Shown piece by piece: positions 1 to 12,837 of a DNA stretch of 64,000 nucleotides. Each line of letters starts with the position of its first letter. The first letter of the stretch is position 1. A program made the position numbers and the translations under genes. The stretch is from Adineta vaga (taxonomy: Eukaryota; Animalia; Rotifera), in NCBI GenBank assembly GCA_021613535.1, contig CP075496.1, positions 1,798,001 to 1,862,000 on the forward strand. The letters are read 5' to 3'. Below the pieces are notes generated by a model. The model had not been told where the DNA came from. It searched no databases and saw nothing but the letters and a program-made list of their open reading frames with translations.

Positions 1-900
1 TTTTCAACGATCACATTAGTTCACGTATTCAACTGGTTCATTTGTTTACCTACCTCGTCCGTTTTCACCAGCGACCAAATAGCTCTCATCTGTTATCTTT
101 CGTGAAAAACACAACACACTTTCACCAAACGCATCCACGAAAGTGAATTAAGTTTAACTAAATTAAACAGGAAAGTTGAAGTATTACTGTTGAGCTTACG
201 ATTAAATCCTCTTTTTTTATACGATTTAAGATATAATCTGCAAATCATATTGTTAAAATCAATCTTTACTGGATTTATTTGTTGGTGTGTTTGTCCTTCC
301 TGCAATTCGGGTACTAAAAAGCAGATATTTACCAGAAAAAAACAATGGATATTGTGTCTTCTTGTTGACCGATCCGTTATGTATCTACTTATTTCTTTAT
401 CTGTTTGTTGAACGAGTAGAAGTATATAAATACTTCTTTGAACTCAGTTGCTCATTGTTATTGACATCATTTTGTATTTGCGCATATATCGATTTGCAAT
501 GGCACAGGAAGTCGCAGAACATGGAAACTCTCTGATATAGTTGATTCATTTCTTTTAACTCTATTAATCGTTTGTGCTTATCATCTGTTAGGGGTCTATT
601 TAATTATGTAAAATACACACCACATCCTCATATATATTATTTCTCACGAAAATATAAGTACAATACCACTCATTTATTTACATAATAGTGAAAATATTCT
701 ATTAACATTTATAATTTGGTTCTAGTTTAACTTTTGTTATAAAATCAATATACAACAAAACAGCAAAAAAAGAAAAAAGTGTCATGTTAATATTCAACGA
801 CATTTATTCAAATATTTCTATTTGAAGAATATCATAAGTTTAAATCATGAATCAATATTAAATCTATTGCACAATTGTAATAAACCAAAACAATAAGTCA

Positions 901-1482
901 TCATTTGAAATCATCATCGTCAGCGTCTTCTTCGTCTTCTTCATCCTCTTCGTCTTCCTGTTTAATATCTTCTTCAACTTCATCGTTAGAATCCCATTCT
1001 GATGTATGTTGTTCACCTTCAGGTTGTTCGAAATCTACAGCAACATCATAAACAAAATCCTTTGATGAAGGATCAACAAAATTCTTTTCAAAAGTTTCAT
1101 TCATAATCAATTTCTTATGTTTCAATGCATCATCATCAAGTTTATTAAGATCTTCATTGACATCCAAGTCATCAAATTGTCGTAGTTTCTTATCTAAATC
1201 ACTCTTGGATAGATTTGTACCCAAACCTTCTTTTAAAACAAATAAAAGACGTTCAATTCGTCGTAATGGAATATATCGAAAAAGATTTCGATTTCTTGTT
1301 GTTTTATCATCATGAAGTTCTTGAGCATAATCAGTAATATTTGTAGTTTTAGTAAAATCTTCCAATGTCACTGTACGACGACGGAATTTACCTGTTGATG
1401 TATCCGTATAGAAGAGAAATATAGTTGGTGGCTTAAATCGAACACCCATTTTTTGCATTTTAATTGATGTTGAAGATGTCAT
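901..1482 (-). CDS. CEP19: Centrosomal protein CEP19 homolog (single exon, acidic C-terminal tail)
   Basis: KMGVRFKPPTIFLFY, EDLNKLDDDALKHKKLIMNETFEKN and DFVYDVAVDF closely match the CEP19 family motifs (KCGIRFQPPAIILIY; EDLNKLDDKEL..M.ELFEKN; FVYDIEVEF). Confidence 0.9.
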   Translation of the reverse strand: MTSSTSIKMQKMGVRFKPPTIFLFYTDTSTGKFRRRTVTLEDFTKTTNITDYAQELHDDKTTRNRNLFRYIPLRRIERLLFVLKEGLGTNLSKSDLDKKLRQFDDLDVNEDLNKLDDDALKHKKLIMNETFEKNFVDPSSKDFVYDVAVDFEQPEGEQHTSEWDSNDEVEEDIKQEDEEDEEDEEDADDDDFK

Positions 1483-1829
1483 CTTTCGATTGAAAGTAAA
1501 ATTTCACGAATGAGTACAAGAAAGAGAATGATTTCTCAGGTTACCATGCCATAGGTAGTTGTTCGTTCGATACCTCTCTCTCTTTATTTTAACATCCTGT
1601 GAATGTGTTCCGTGAGAGAAATGACTGCCATCTGTAGGTGAAGTCTATAAGAATTTATAATTGTCATTCTTTTATTCAATACTATCAGTATGTTCTAAAA
1701 TGATAATTGTTACGACCTTTTATTGAATAAAACTAATCACAGGTTTATGCGGGAATACGTTTTCGAAAAGAAAATAGAAAAAGCTAAGCTGCAAGAATAA
1801 TTACTAATTATAAGTAAAAAAAAAAAGAA

Positions 1830-4800
1830 TCATTTGTCGATCAATTTTGATAGATTGATTGTTAATCGATGAAGTTCTTGTGTAAATCTCAATTGTGTTT
1901 TATCGATTTCTTCACGAATTTCATTGATTTTATGTAATAATTTTTCATTAAAAATCTCTTGTGAATTTTCTTTATTTTGATTTAGGTCTGATAAAATCTC
2001 ATTCGATTTTTTTATTGTTACATATCCAACACGACATTGTATAAGATGAGTTGCACGATTTGATAGTTGAACAGGTTTTGTACGTATGGACAATTTTGAT
2101 ACATCAAATTTTAATCCCGTTAATAATTCTGGAAAATAACGACCAAGTGCAAACATAAGTTTCGATGATGCATGACAGATAGAACCGAATTTGGCTTGAA
2201 AACTTAATACTATACAGAAAAAACTAGATAAGATAAGAAAGATTTGAATACCATCATACCTGTTTGAATTCTTGAACGCAAATTTTCTCTTTTCGCATTC
2301 AATTGAAAATCATTGACATCACTAACAGCTAAACCAATCTAAAAAATGCAGACACAATTACAAATCTGACTCATGCTTATAAAATTCGGAAGTGAAATCT
2401 GTATATGAGAATATTTCGACATCTTACCAAAATATTCATGACACAAATGTGTACAACGAATACGAATGTTGAGAAAATGACTTTTGCCATTGTCGTTCCT
2501 CGTACAGGTTCTCCTTCATTATAAAATAAGTTTTCAAAATTAAATTCTCCTGTTAACATGGCAATCATTCGAGGTATTGCTGTTAATACTGTTTGAAACG
2601 ATGGATTTTGTGTTAATAACATATGAAAAGCAAATAAATAACCAATCCATATGAATACATAGATAAAACAAAATTTCAGAAATGTTAAAAAGATTGTAAT
2701 AAATAAAAGACCATATTTGCCAAGTTTAAGAGAATTTACAAATACAAGTAGAAGAACTGTCCAAACTGAAGCAACACCTAATGCACCAAAATCATATTGA
2801 TATTTACAACGAATACTGGAATATCTTGAACAATTATTTATATCTAAACATAAGAAATTAGTTATAGATTTTGTTAATTGTCTATTTTATACCCATGGCA
2901 AATATAATTCCACATGAATAAGTTAAGATTTCTAAAAGATTTAGAAAAAATCCACGAAAATATCTTCCACGTTGTATGACAATCTGAATAAATTCTTTCA
3001 ATAAAGCTGCACATGAACATATGAATAATATAAATCGAAATATATATAAAATAAATGTTCCTTCATGAGAATAATCAAAATGATGAGTCGTATTCGTTAA
3101 TGTATTACACATATTAATACATGTATCATTTTCAAAATCCACATAATTTCGTTCATAATATTTTGGTGTTCGAGTAACAAGTGTTACACCCGTATATAAA
3201 GCAACATAGAGTGCTTGAATAAGAAGAATAAATAGATAGAGTAGATTACCAAACAGATCAGCTTTACTATCTACAGTTGCCGTTACAATTGGATGATCAT
3301 AAACAGATGCATAATCACATTCTGAAATTAAACTAAGTGGATGTTCTTTTGACCATTGATTTGGTGTAAATTTATGTTTTTTATTGATTGGAGTATTTGT
3401 ATGATGAATGAAACTATTTTGGCCAAATACACAACGTGATAATGTAGGTTTTGAACAAAGACAATCATCAATAACGGATAAATCCATTCCATCAGTATCA
3501 AGAAATTGATCAAGTAAATTCGGTACAAATGGTATTAATGATGGAACTTTTAACATACGTTGAACCTATTCAAAAGAATATGATATATAGAGAGAGATAG
3601 AGATAGAAAAGCTCATCGATAAGAACGTTCTTACTGGCATTTGATCGAATTCACCATGTTTAAATGGTAAAGAATAACGTGTTAAAAATCGTTTATATTC
3701 TTCATGTAATAATGGTTCATGCGTTACAACATTACTACTTCGAACAACTGCAAAATGTTCATCAACATTCGCTTTTTTTTCAGTTGATTTCGGTACATTA
3801 ACACTAACAAAAACTTTGACAAAATCCGTTTTTTTCAATAAAATTGAATATTCTAAAGCATTGTATTGACGTCGTGCGATAACAATATCAGTTGATGGAT
3901 GTACTGGTTCAGTAAAGACAACATCAATAAGTAGAGAAATAATAACACGAAATCGACGAAGATCACTAACAAGATAACGAATGATATCAATTTGATTATG
4001 ATCAATACAAATTTTGATTCCATCCGATGTTATTACATTTGTTAGTTGTACACGTCGTAATAACCATTTAGAATCAAAGATTTGTTTTATACATTTAATA
4101 CTACCTTTAGAACAAGCTAAAAAAAATAGAAAAAACTTGTTCACAAGAATTCTATTTTTCGAATAGAAGAAAAATTTACCGATAGAAAATGGTGTTTGTC
4201 CATCTGTATTTGGTTCAATTAAATTTTGTAATGCCTATGATTAAACGAATACAATATGATAGAGTATCATTCATTCGACATACTTGAACTCGAACTGATT
4301 GATTGGAACTCAAACGTCGTAATAAATTGAGTATAGTAGCGAGCAGAACATCATTTTTATTTTCACAACAATAATGAAAAACACCGGATTTTTTATTATC
4401 AACTGTGACTAATGCATGAGGATCAGCTTCCATTAATAATTGTGCTTTAATCAAATGAAAACAAAACAAAAAAGTCATTAGGATAACTTTCTTTTCATCT
4501 GTAAATATTTACCTGTTAATGTACTACCGCCATGAATAGCACAAAGAAGAGGAATTTGTCCATTAGAATTTGATACTGATGTTATATTAGTATTTTCACC
4601 AATAAGAACACGAACAACATCTTCATGGCCCGGTAACTTCGCTGCGATATGTACTAAAAAAAACAAATACATGAAGGAATAGATTTGAAGAAGACATTTT
4701 TACATAAAGTTTGACCAGTAGCTGGTGTTATATCTTGATCATCATCTTGATCATTATTTGAAAGAGAAATAAAAACTGGTGGAGGCATAACTGGTATTGT

Positions 4801-7600
4801 AGCTGGCAATTCGTTGTAGACAGGTTGAGCAACTTCAATTTCAGCTCGCTGAAACATACTGTCATCTTCTTCGATCGTTTGTAATGATGTTCCTGTTGTT
4901 GTTCGACGTTGATTAAAATCCGAACTATTAATTTGTTGATTATATTGACTTGTTTGTTGACGATGACGAAGACCTAATTGAAACGAACGTACCGTACGCC
5001 AAAAGCGTGATATACGTGGTTGAGATCGTTCACTATTCGTTTGACGTAATGATACACTGTTATCTTGATGCGAAAGATAATGATGAGGATTTTGTTTTTG
5101 TTGATTTGCTATTGCTGTATTTCGAATACGGCGACATTGTCGATATTCATCACCAGAATATGTATAGACAGAATTCAATACTGTAGAAATACCAAGGGAT
5201 TTTTCTTTATTATTTGCATTATTAGCAAATAGAGTTGAAAATGAATTCGATGCAACTGACGATAGATTTGATAGTGGTAACATATATAGTTCCGTACTAT
5301 TTAGATTAAGTGATGCAAAAGCAGACATTAAACCTTCTAGAATCAATGCTTGATTACGAACCTAATAATACGGGGGAAAAAAGAGATCGAATAAGTATTG
5401 ACATCATTCTATGAAAAATATACATACGACACAATAAGCTAAGATATTATGTCGAATATCGGTTGGATATTTTCGACAACTTTCATAATAAATTTCAGCA
5501 TAATCATTAATTAAATGTTCTAATTCGAGTTTTGCATTATATTTAATACATGTTGCAAATGCATGAACAAAAATTCTTTGTTTAACAACTGATTCATTCA
5601 AATGAATCTTTGCAATAGCTGAAGAAAATTTCGTAAACATATCAAATGTTATTTTTCCTCGTCGAGTAAATAATTGATCAACACATGTTTCTAATTCATA
5701 ATTTGCTAATGTTCCCCAAATTATATTTTGATTCGAAGATATTTTCGATAATAAAAGTTCAAAGATAGGTAAACAACCATTCTGAATCGTCATTGTTATT
5801 GGTGTATGAAAAAGTGAAATATATGTATCAGCGAATTGATCCATATATGAATCAATGAAATAATAATTCATATCAATATCAACAGAATCGTGATCGTGTT
5901 GAATACGATAACGAATAAGAAGATGAGATGTTAAATCATTCAATTGTTCTTGTTCAAGAATCTGACCTTTTATGTACTGATTGAGAATGAGTTTTTCACC
6001 GAATGCTTTTTCAATTTGAGATGAATGTAATTGAAGTAAATCTCGTAGAAGATATTGATCGAAATGTTCATAATGTGAAAATAATGAACGTTGATTGAGT
6101 ATTGTTACAAAGTAAACTAATTTTTGTGTTGTTTGACCATCATCACTCATTTGACTCATTCGATTCTTATTTCCTCGAACTAATGAAGTAAATAAAGCAT
6201 CACATTGATAGTAAATAAATGGTGTTGATAGAGTTCGAGTAAAATTAACATATTTATGTCGAGCGAAATATTCAATTGTATTTTTAGTTAAAGATTCATG
6301 ATTTAAACCATCAATATCGATTAATTTTGAATCGAGAAGATATTGACAGATTTGATAATATGATTCTTTATAATTATCACCATTTAATGGACATGCAGAT
6401 GCAAGTAATAGAGGTGATGGAATGAAATAAACTAAACCTTTTGTTTGTTCAATTAAAGAACGAAGAAGAAGATCACGTGAATATTGTACAGATGTTTCTG
6501 AAAAATAAAACAATAAAATAATGAAGAAAATTATGTGTTTTTCTCAATTACCAAGTTGATCTGCATCGGGAATATCGGCATCGGCTGCTTCAATAGCTTG
6601 TTGTTCAGCAATGAAACTATCCGTTCGTTCATCTAGAAATTGTTCTACAATAAGTGGAGATGATGAAAGAAGTTCATCGTCATCATCTTCATCGTCACTC
6701 AACATAGGTAAAATTGGTGAATCATCACCTGTATCATCATGAAGATTAAGAATAGTATTGCCAGGATTCAATGTCGATGATTTCATTCCACTAGCACGTA
6801 AGAGATAATCAAATGGATTGTCTGAAAAATCACGTAGTCGAGATTTTGGTATAATGAAATGAAATGGATTCATTAAATGCGAATATTGTGTACATAATTT
6901 CTCAATTAATTCATGATCACCAGTGTATGATGCCTAGTTTGAAGAAAAGACTTTCAATTCATAACAAACAAAGACCGAAAAAACAAAATTCTCATACATA
7001 ATGAATCGGTAACCATGATCGATCACTTGCTGCATTGATTTTAATAATCAACCAATTATCTTGATTATCTTCTTGTTGAACACTACCGGAGAGAAAATCC
7101 ACAATAAGATTTGTTTTTCGATGTGCAATACAAAAATGCACATAATCACATTTCTCTTTTGGATATTCGTTAGCAAACATAATTTTAATTGTTCGATTCA
7201 ATTGTTCATTATTGAATAAAATAAACGGTTCCATAAATAAAATTAAATGCATTGGTGAATAAAGTCGAAATAAACATGATATAGGATATATATGAATATT
7301 TAAATGAGTTTCTTCAACTGTTTCAATAAGAAACATTTCATGTTGAGATAAAATATTTATAATTGCATTAAGTATTACCTGTTGATCATCTTGTTCAGAA
7401 AGATTAAGTTTACGCTGTAAACGTTGAAAAATCGGATATAATGGATACGTTTTGATTAATGCACTAGCAGCAGTAGAAGATGTTGATGTTGAAGCCGAAT
7501 TATATAGATGTATGAATAGAAAATGAACGTAATTGAAACCAACAGGTCTTCGTAATTGATCGAATTTACGACGAAGTTCGATGAGTTGATTCGTATCCAT
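1830..7600 (-). CDS. TRPA-like ankyrin-repeat cation channel, multi-exon (~12 exons); the 5' end is uncertain (Met at 7600, with a possible upstream exon near 7760)
   Basis: Ankyrin repeats (WLPIHY|ASYTGDHELI; VHIAAKLPGHEDVVRVLI; GQIPLLCAI; GQTPF). Six-TM region with a pore MLTGEFNF and an S6/TRP-like segment VMNIL|IGLAVSDV (TRPA1: LMNLLIGLAVGDI). C-terminal coiled coil. ORF fragments join through short GT-AG introns. Confidence 0.8.
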
Positions 7601-8315
7601 CCGATTTTTTTTACTCTGTAATTGAGAAAATGAAATATTTAAATAAGAAATGTGTTGAACATAGACTGGGTCATTTGGTCTAGCTTTGCCTGACAAGACA
7701 ACGATAAAAGTGTGAGACTAATTTTGATGATTCACCATTTACAAAAGAACGAATAAGTTACCTTAAACGATAGATATCAGTCTTTTACAATTCTTTTTCT
7801 TTGATATTACCTACCTACTTTTACTTATTCTTCATTTGGCTTTATTAGTGTATTTTTATTTGGATATGTTTAAATTGAATTTTAACAAACTATTTTTATT
7901 TCAAACAGTTATGTGAAGAAATAACAAATATATATATTTATATAAGTATATCCATTGACATCATCTTTTTAAGATACAAGATTTGAGAATATGAGAAGAA
8001 AAAAACTGCGATTTTTATATACAAAAAAAAGAGTAGATTATTTTTCTTTCTGTACGGTACAGATGCAATGCGAAAAAGAAGAGAAAAGAATCATAGAGAT
8101 TATTGACAAAGTAGAAAACAGCAATATACAGATTATTTAATTGAATACATCAAAAATGAATTATTTCAACAAAATATGTTTTATCTAGATCGAATGTTGC
8201 GTCAACTTTGTCTTTCATTCGTTCAGATCCAAACAAAAGGTGAGAAAATTGCACAAAGCAGAAAAGAAATTGCCGACAATGTTGCTGTAGAAATGTTTCA
8301 TATCTGAATAGGAAT

Positions 8316-11300
8316 TTAAATAACAGTTGATGGAAGTTTGTCATAGGGTGGACCAGGTGAAGTGGCTGGGGGTCGAGAACGAGATGTGGTACTTTGTTGT
8401 GGAGATATTGATGTAGGTTTCATTTGCTGAGAATTTGGATGCAAATCTGTATTATTATTGGTCAAGATTTGAAGAACTTGAATACAATCACCTTGAGCAC
8501 ATTGTAGAGGTGTACGACCATTACTATCGACAGTGAATGCATCACCGCCATACTAAAATAGCAAAAGTTTTTGTTTAATAATTGTAATCTTAGAGCGACG
8601 ATATTTAGTTTTCGATATGAACTCAGATTTACGTCTTCTAGTCTGAAAATTAAGCATCACTCGTCGGTTTTTCTCAGAAGCAAGATTATAAAGAATGTTT
8701 TAATTTACCCAAAGTAATAATTGTAGAATAGTAACATTTCCTTGAGAAGCAGCTAGATGTAATACCGAAGAATTTACATCTTCATTCGATAATTTTCTAT
8801 GTGCTAATATTAATATGATTGTATAAAGATCATTTTTATTGATTGCATCAACAATTGATTGTCTTGCAAGTGGAGGTGTCATTGTTAGTGGTGGAAGAAA
8901 TAATTTTTGTTCGTATTTATCACGAATCCATCGTTCACGTTCAGATCTTTTATATAAAATCAAAATAAAATAGACAAAACAAAAAAGAAATTGATTATCA
9001 CATACGAAGAAGCATTTGGTTGAGGTTTGACGCGATTTTTAATATTTGCTTCCCAAACTGAATTGGATAGCTTATTTCCAATCGATCGCATCACTTGAAC
9101 AAGTTCCGGTCTTAAGAAAGAAAAATATTTTTCTTCTATTTTTATAAAAAAAATTAAAATAAAAACAATCTTACGGCCATTCATCAAGTTCTAACGAACG
9201 AACACGTGATAAATGTGTTCCAAGATTACGATGTAATGATGCACATTCCATACAAATTAATGCTCCAAGATTCAACGAAGCCCATGTAGGATCTACACAC
9301 GAATAGCAATAACGTGATGAGAACAATTTCATCAAATTTTTTATAATTACTTAGTTGTTCGCAATCAGCACAAAATCCATTTCCATAGACTTGTTTAATT
9401 GATTGTATAGAAGCTGAATCCGCCATACTTGGTCCTCCGATTTTTGCTGCTCGTGCTGCTTTTGATGATTCAATATTTTGTAAACTGAATAGAATCTGTT
9501 GTTCAATAGCTTGAACCCATTCATCACGTTCTTCATTTGTTTGTGCTTCGAAATACCATTGTTTATCTAATGAAACAATAATAAAGATATTTTCATCTCC
9601 ATCATCATCGCCATTATGATTATTCGATGATTTAGGTGTTGTAGAATTATTAATAGAATGAATTCCATTTGTTTGTTGTGCACGACGATGACGTTTCTTA
9701 GCATTTGGTGTTTCGATTTTTCCCAATGGAGATGAGAGTACAACTTGATCAATAACACCTAAAGATAACATTCAAATTTAATCCTCAAACGCGATCATTT
9801 AAAGAATGTTGAGATCTTACCTGGTGTAACAGATGAATTTGATATAATAATAGCACCATCCGATGATGTTAAATCATTTAATTTATTATCATTACTTGTA
9901 CTACGTAATGCAATACGTGGTTTATTTGAACCAGGAATTTTAATAGTTGTACGTTGAAGGATAATTTCTTTTCCATGAGATTCATTTTCATAATCCTTAT
10001 CGAACGATAAAAACGAAATCTTTTCGAATGAAGAATGATTGAGATAAACTTACATGTAATGATGGATGATAAACCAATCGACCATCATCAAGTAAAACAA
10101 CATATTTTTTCTTCCAATCTCGATTGATACTGTTCGTTGCTTTTTTATATAAAAATCCCTAAAAACAAGACTATCATGACATATAACTTTTGTTTTTGTA
10201 ATTCAAACCTGTTTAATTGGAATGGCTCGTCCATGACCCACTCGATCTGTTTTATGCTTATCTTCATCTTTTTTTGCAGGCTAAACAAAATGTAAAGAAA
10301 ATATTTCATAAGCGTAATTCGAATTACCTTTGGTAAAAAGAAAAACATCGATTCAAGATTAAAAAATCGAGGAATGTGTATGAATTTCTAGTCTGTAATT
10401 GATTCAAGTACTCAAAACAAGATGTATTCTATAAACTAAAGAAGCTCTGGAATGTGTTTTTTCCTTTTTTTATTATTTCCTGTTTTGAATCCTTTTTGTA
10501 ATATCTTATTCAAGTATGTATATTTCCATCTGCCACTTCGAAGTTCGTGTTAGTCAAGTAATGAAATCAGATATAAACTATTCTATGTTTTGCTTTAGAT
10601 TACTAATGATAATTTATAAAGGAAAACAAATTGATTTACTGTAAAGATATTTGATTTTCGTTTTGTTTCTTTTCGTTTTTGTGTTGGTGTTGATGACGGT
10701 GTCACTTGTTCATTTGGCTATAATAGAAATTAAATACAATTCTTCATCTTTTCTTATCGAATTCTCTTTCTAGATTGCCTGTACTTCATGTGCAGGTAAT
10801 GATTGTCCTTCGCTGAGTGTTGATAATTTAAGTCCAGTTGGTTCTTTGAATGATCGACTTCGTTTATCTAATTGCTGCTGTTGTTGATTATTTCGATCTT
10901 TGAGTACACCATTCGTTGCTTGATTATTGAAACATTGAGCTAATTGTGCGATAGGAAAATTTTGTGTTGGAGGAACGAGTATCGGTTGTTCTGGTTGTTG
11001 ATAATGATACGATGAAAACACCGATGCTGGTGCTGTTTGAGCTAAGTTAATGTTTCCAGCAACATAAGACGATGATGGAATACTATGAGAATTCGAAATA
11101 AGTCGAACTTGATTTGATACAGGTGATTGTTGTTGTTGTTGTTGTGGTAAGGAATTCGATGGATGAACTGTAATGTTTGAAATTGTTTGTGGTGTTAAAG
11201 AACGATTGGATGATAATGTTGAAGTGGAAAATCCGTATCTTTGATGAATAATTTTTTGACACACTAGAAAAAAAGAATATTGTTAAAAAAACGAATATGT

Positions 11301-12389
11301 TTGATTTTAGTTCCAAATTTTACCATCATGAAATACTCGTTCAACATTGAGACCATAAGTTGCACATGTTTCATAATAAGTACATCGTTTTAATTCATTA
11401 GATAATTTTCGAGCACGATCTTCATGTATAACACGTGGATTACTTTCACTAATTGCATCTATATACAAAAGAATTAAATTCAACAATTCATTTCCAAGTT
11501 CAGTGGAACATCGAAATGTTGATGTTCAAAATTCTTTTATTATAAGTATGTTAACATCTCATTATTCAACAAACTATCACTTACCTAGTAGGTGGTAAGT
11601 AATACCACTGACTGAGAAGAACAATGACAATACAACATTACGAGTTCATGTGTTACATATACAAGATTAGAACATTTTTCATTCTCGTTCAGATTATTCT
11701 GAGTTATTTCTGATTTCAATAAAAACTTAAACTAACCTTGTGTTCCAACAAGAATAAAAGGCATTTCAGTAACATTTCTATAATGATTCATTTTTGTATA
11801 ATATTGATAAATTGTCTTAAAACTTTCTTCATTTTCTAAACTAAATACAAATATAACAGCATCAACCCAATGTGTAAACTAAAATAAAGTAAAAACAATC
11901 AATTGAAACTTCTTTTTTTTTCTCTTCTTCTTCTTAAAGATAATTTACTTGAGTATCAGGTGCACCAGCTTCATCACGTATCAATAATAAATAACTTTGA
12001 TTATCAATATTAATTTCCTTTTTAAATCTTCCACCTTCAGGTGATTCTTCTTGCATATAAGTTCCCGTTAAAAATCGATGAACTAATGCTGATTTTCCAC
12101 TCGCTAATGTTCCTAATAAACCAATACGAATGTCTAATACACTTCGACTTAATGTCCATTCTTGACTGTTCACAAATGAATCTTCAATAACCATAACATG
12201 ATCACGTATTTGTGCTTGAATCGTTGGTTGATCTTTAACTTCTTCAATAAGTTCATAGATAGAATAAATCGATGGATGAACACTTTCAAAACGTTCAATT
12301 TCTGATTTAATAAAACTTGAATTTGTTATTTGTAATTGAGATGATGGAATCATTGTTCGATGATTATTATTATTATTATAATTCGTCAT
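8316..12389 (-). CDS. AGAP1: AGAP / centaurin-gamma (GTPase-like domain, split PH, ArfGAP, ankyrin repeats), multi-exon
   Basis: [57 protein letters not shown], ArfGAP CADC..WASLNLG..CMEC, and C-terminal YDKLPSTVI* (stop at 8316-8318). Confidence 0.93.
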
Positions 12390-12488
12390 TTCTCTGTTTT
12401 CTCATTATTACTTATGAACACTTCAAAATTCAATTTCATTTTCGGTGATATACGATGAGATGAGAAGAAAGAAAGAATTTTAGGATTT

Positions 12489-12527
12489 CAAGATGGCCGA
12501 ACTAATCTGGTTAGTTTTCTAACCAAT
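12489..12527. promoter_or_regulatory. Bidirectional AGAP/TNPO1 promoter elements: YY1-like CAAGATGGCC (12489-12498) and a CCAAT box (12523-12527)
   Basis: Consensus-like motifs within the 448-bp head-to-head gap between the two ATGs. Confidence 0.4.
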
Positions 12528-12837
12528 GAAATAAAAACAGATGCTTGGTTTTTTCCCCGAAAGAAAAATTCGAAGAAAAAAATTTCAATAAAAAAACTAT
12601 AACGTTTTATTTGCTTGAAATTTTTAAATAAAAATCAAGCGACATCTATCGTTCAATACACAATAATCATCTTTACAAATAGAAAATGATGATATATTTA
12701 TTTTCTTCTAGTAATCAATATCTATACTTTAATAGATTTGTGTTTTTTTTAGATAATATCAATTTGATTTGATCTAGTCAAAAGAAAAACAAATTCGAAG
12801 TTTGTTTTGTAAATAATCGAATCTTTTCTACAAAGAG

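Noticed and set aside
1-600. Short ORFs on both strands and splice-like signals on the minus strand at the left edge
   Set aside because: I could not assemble a stop-free spliced frame or recognise any family. It may be part of a gene running off the window.
8596-8666. CGACGA/TCGTCG terminal stem with a GTGATGC box-C-like motif in the last AGAP intron (C/D snoRNA?)
   Set aside because: Box C is imperfect, there is no CTGA next to the 3' stem, and I recognise no rRNA guide.
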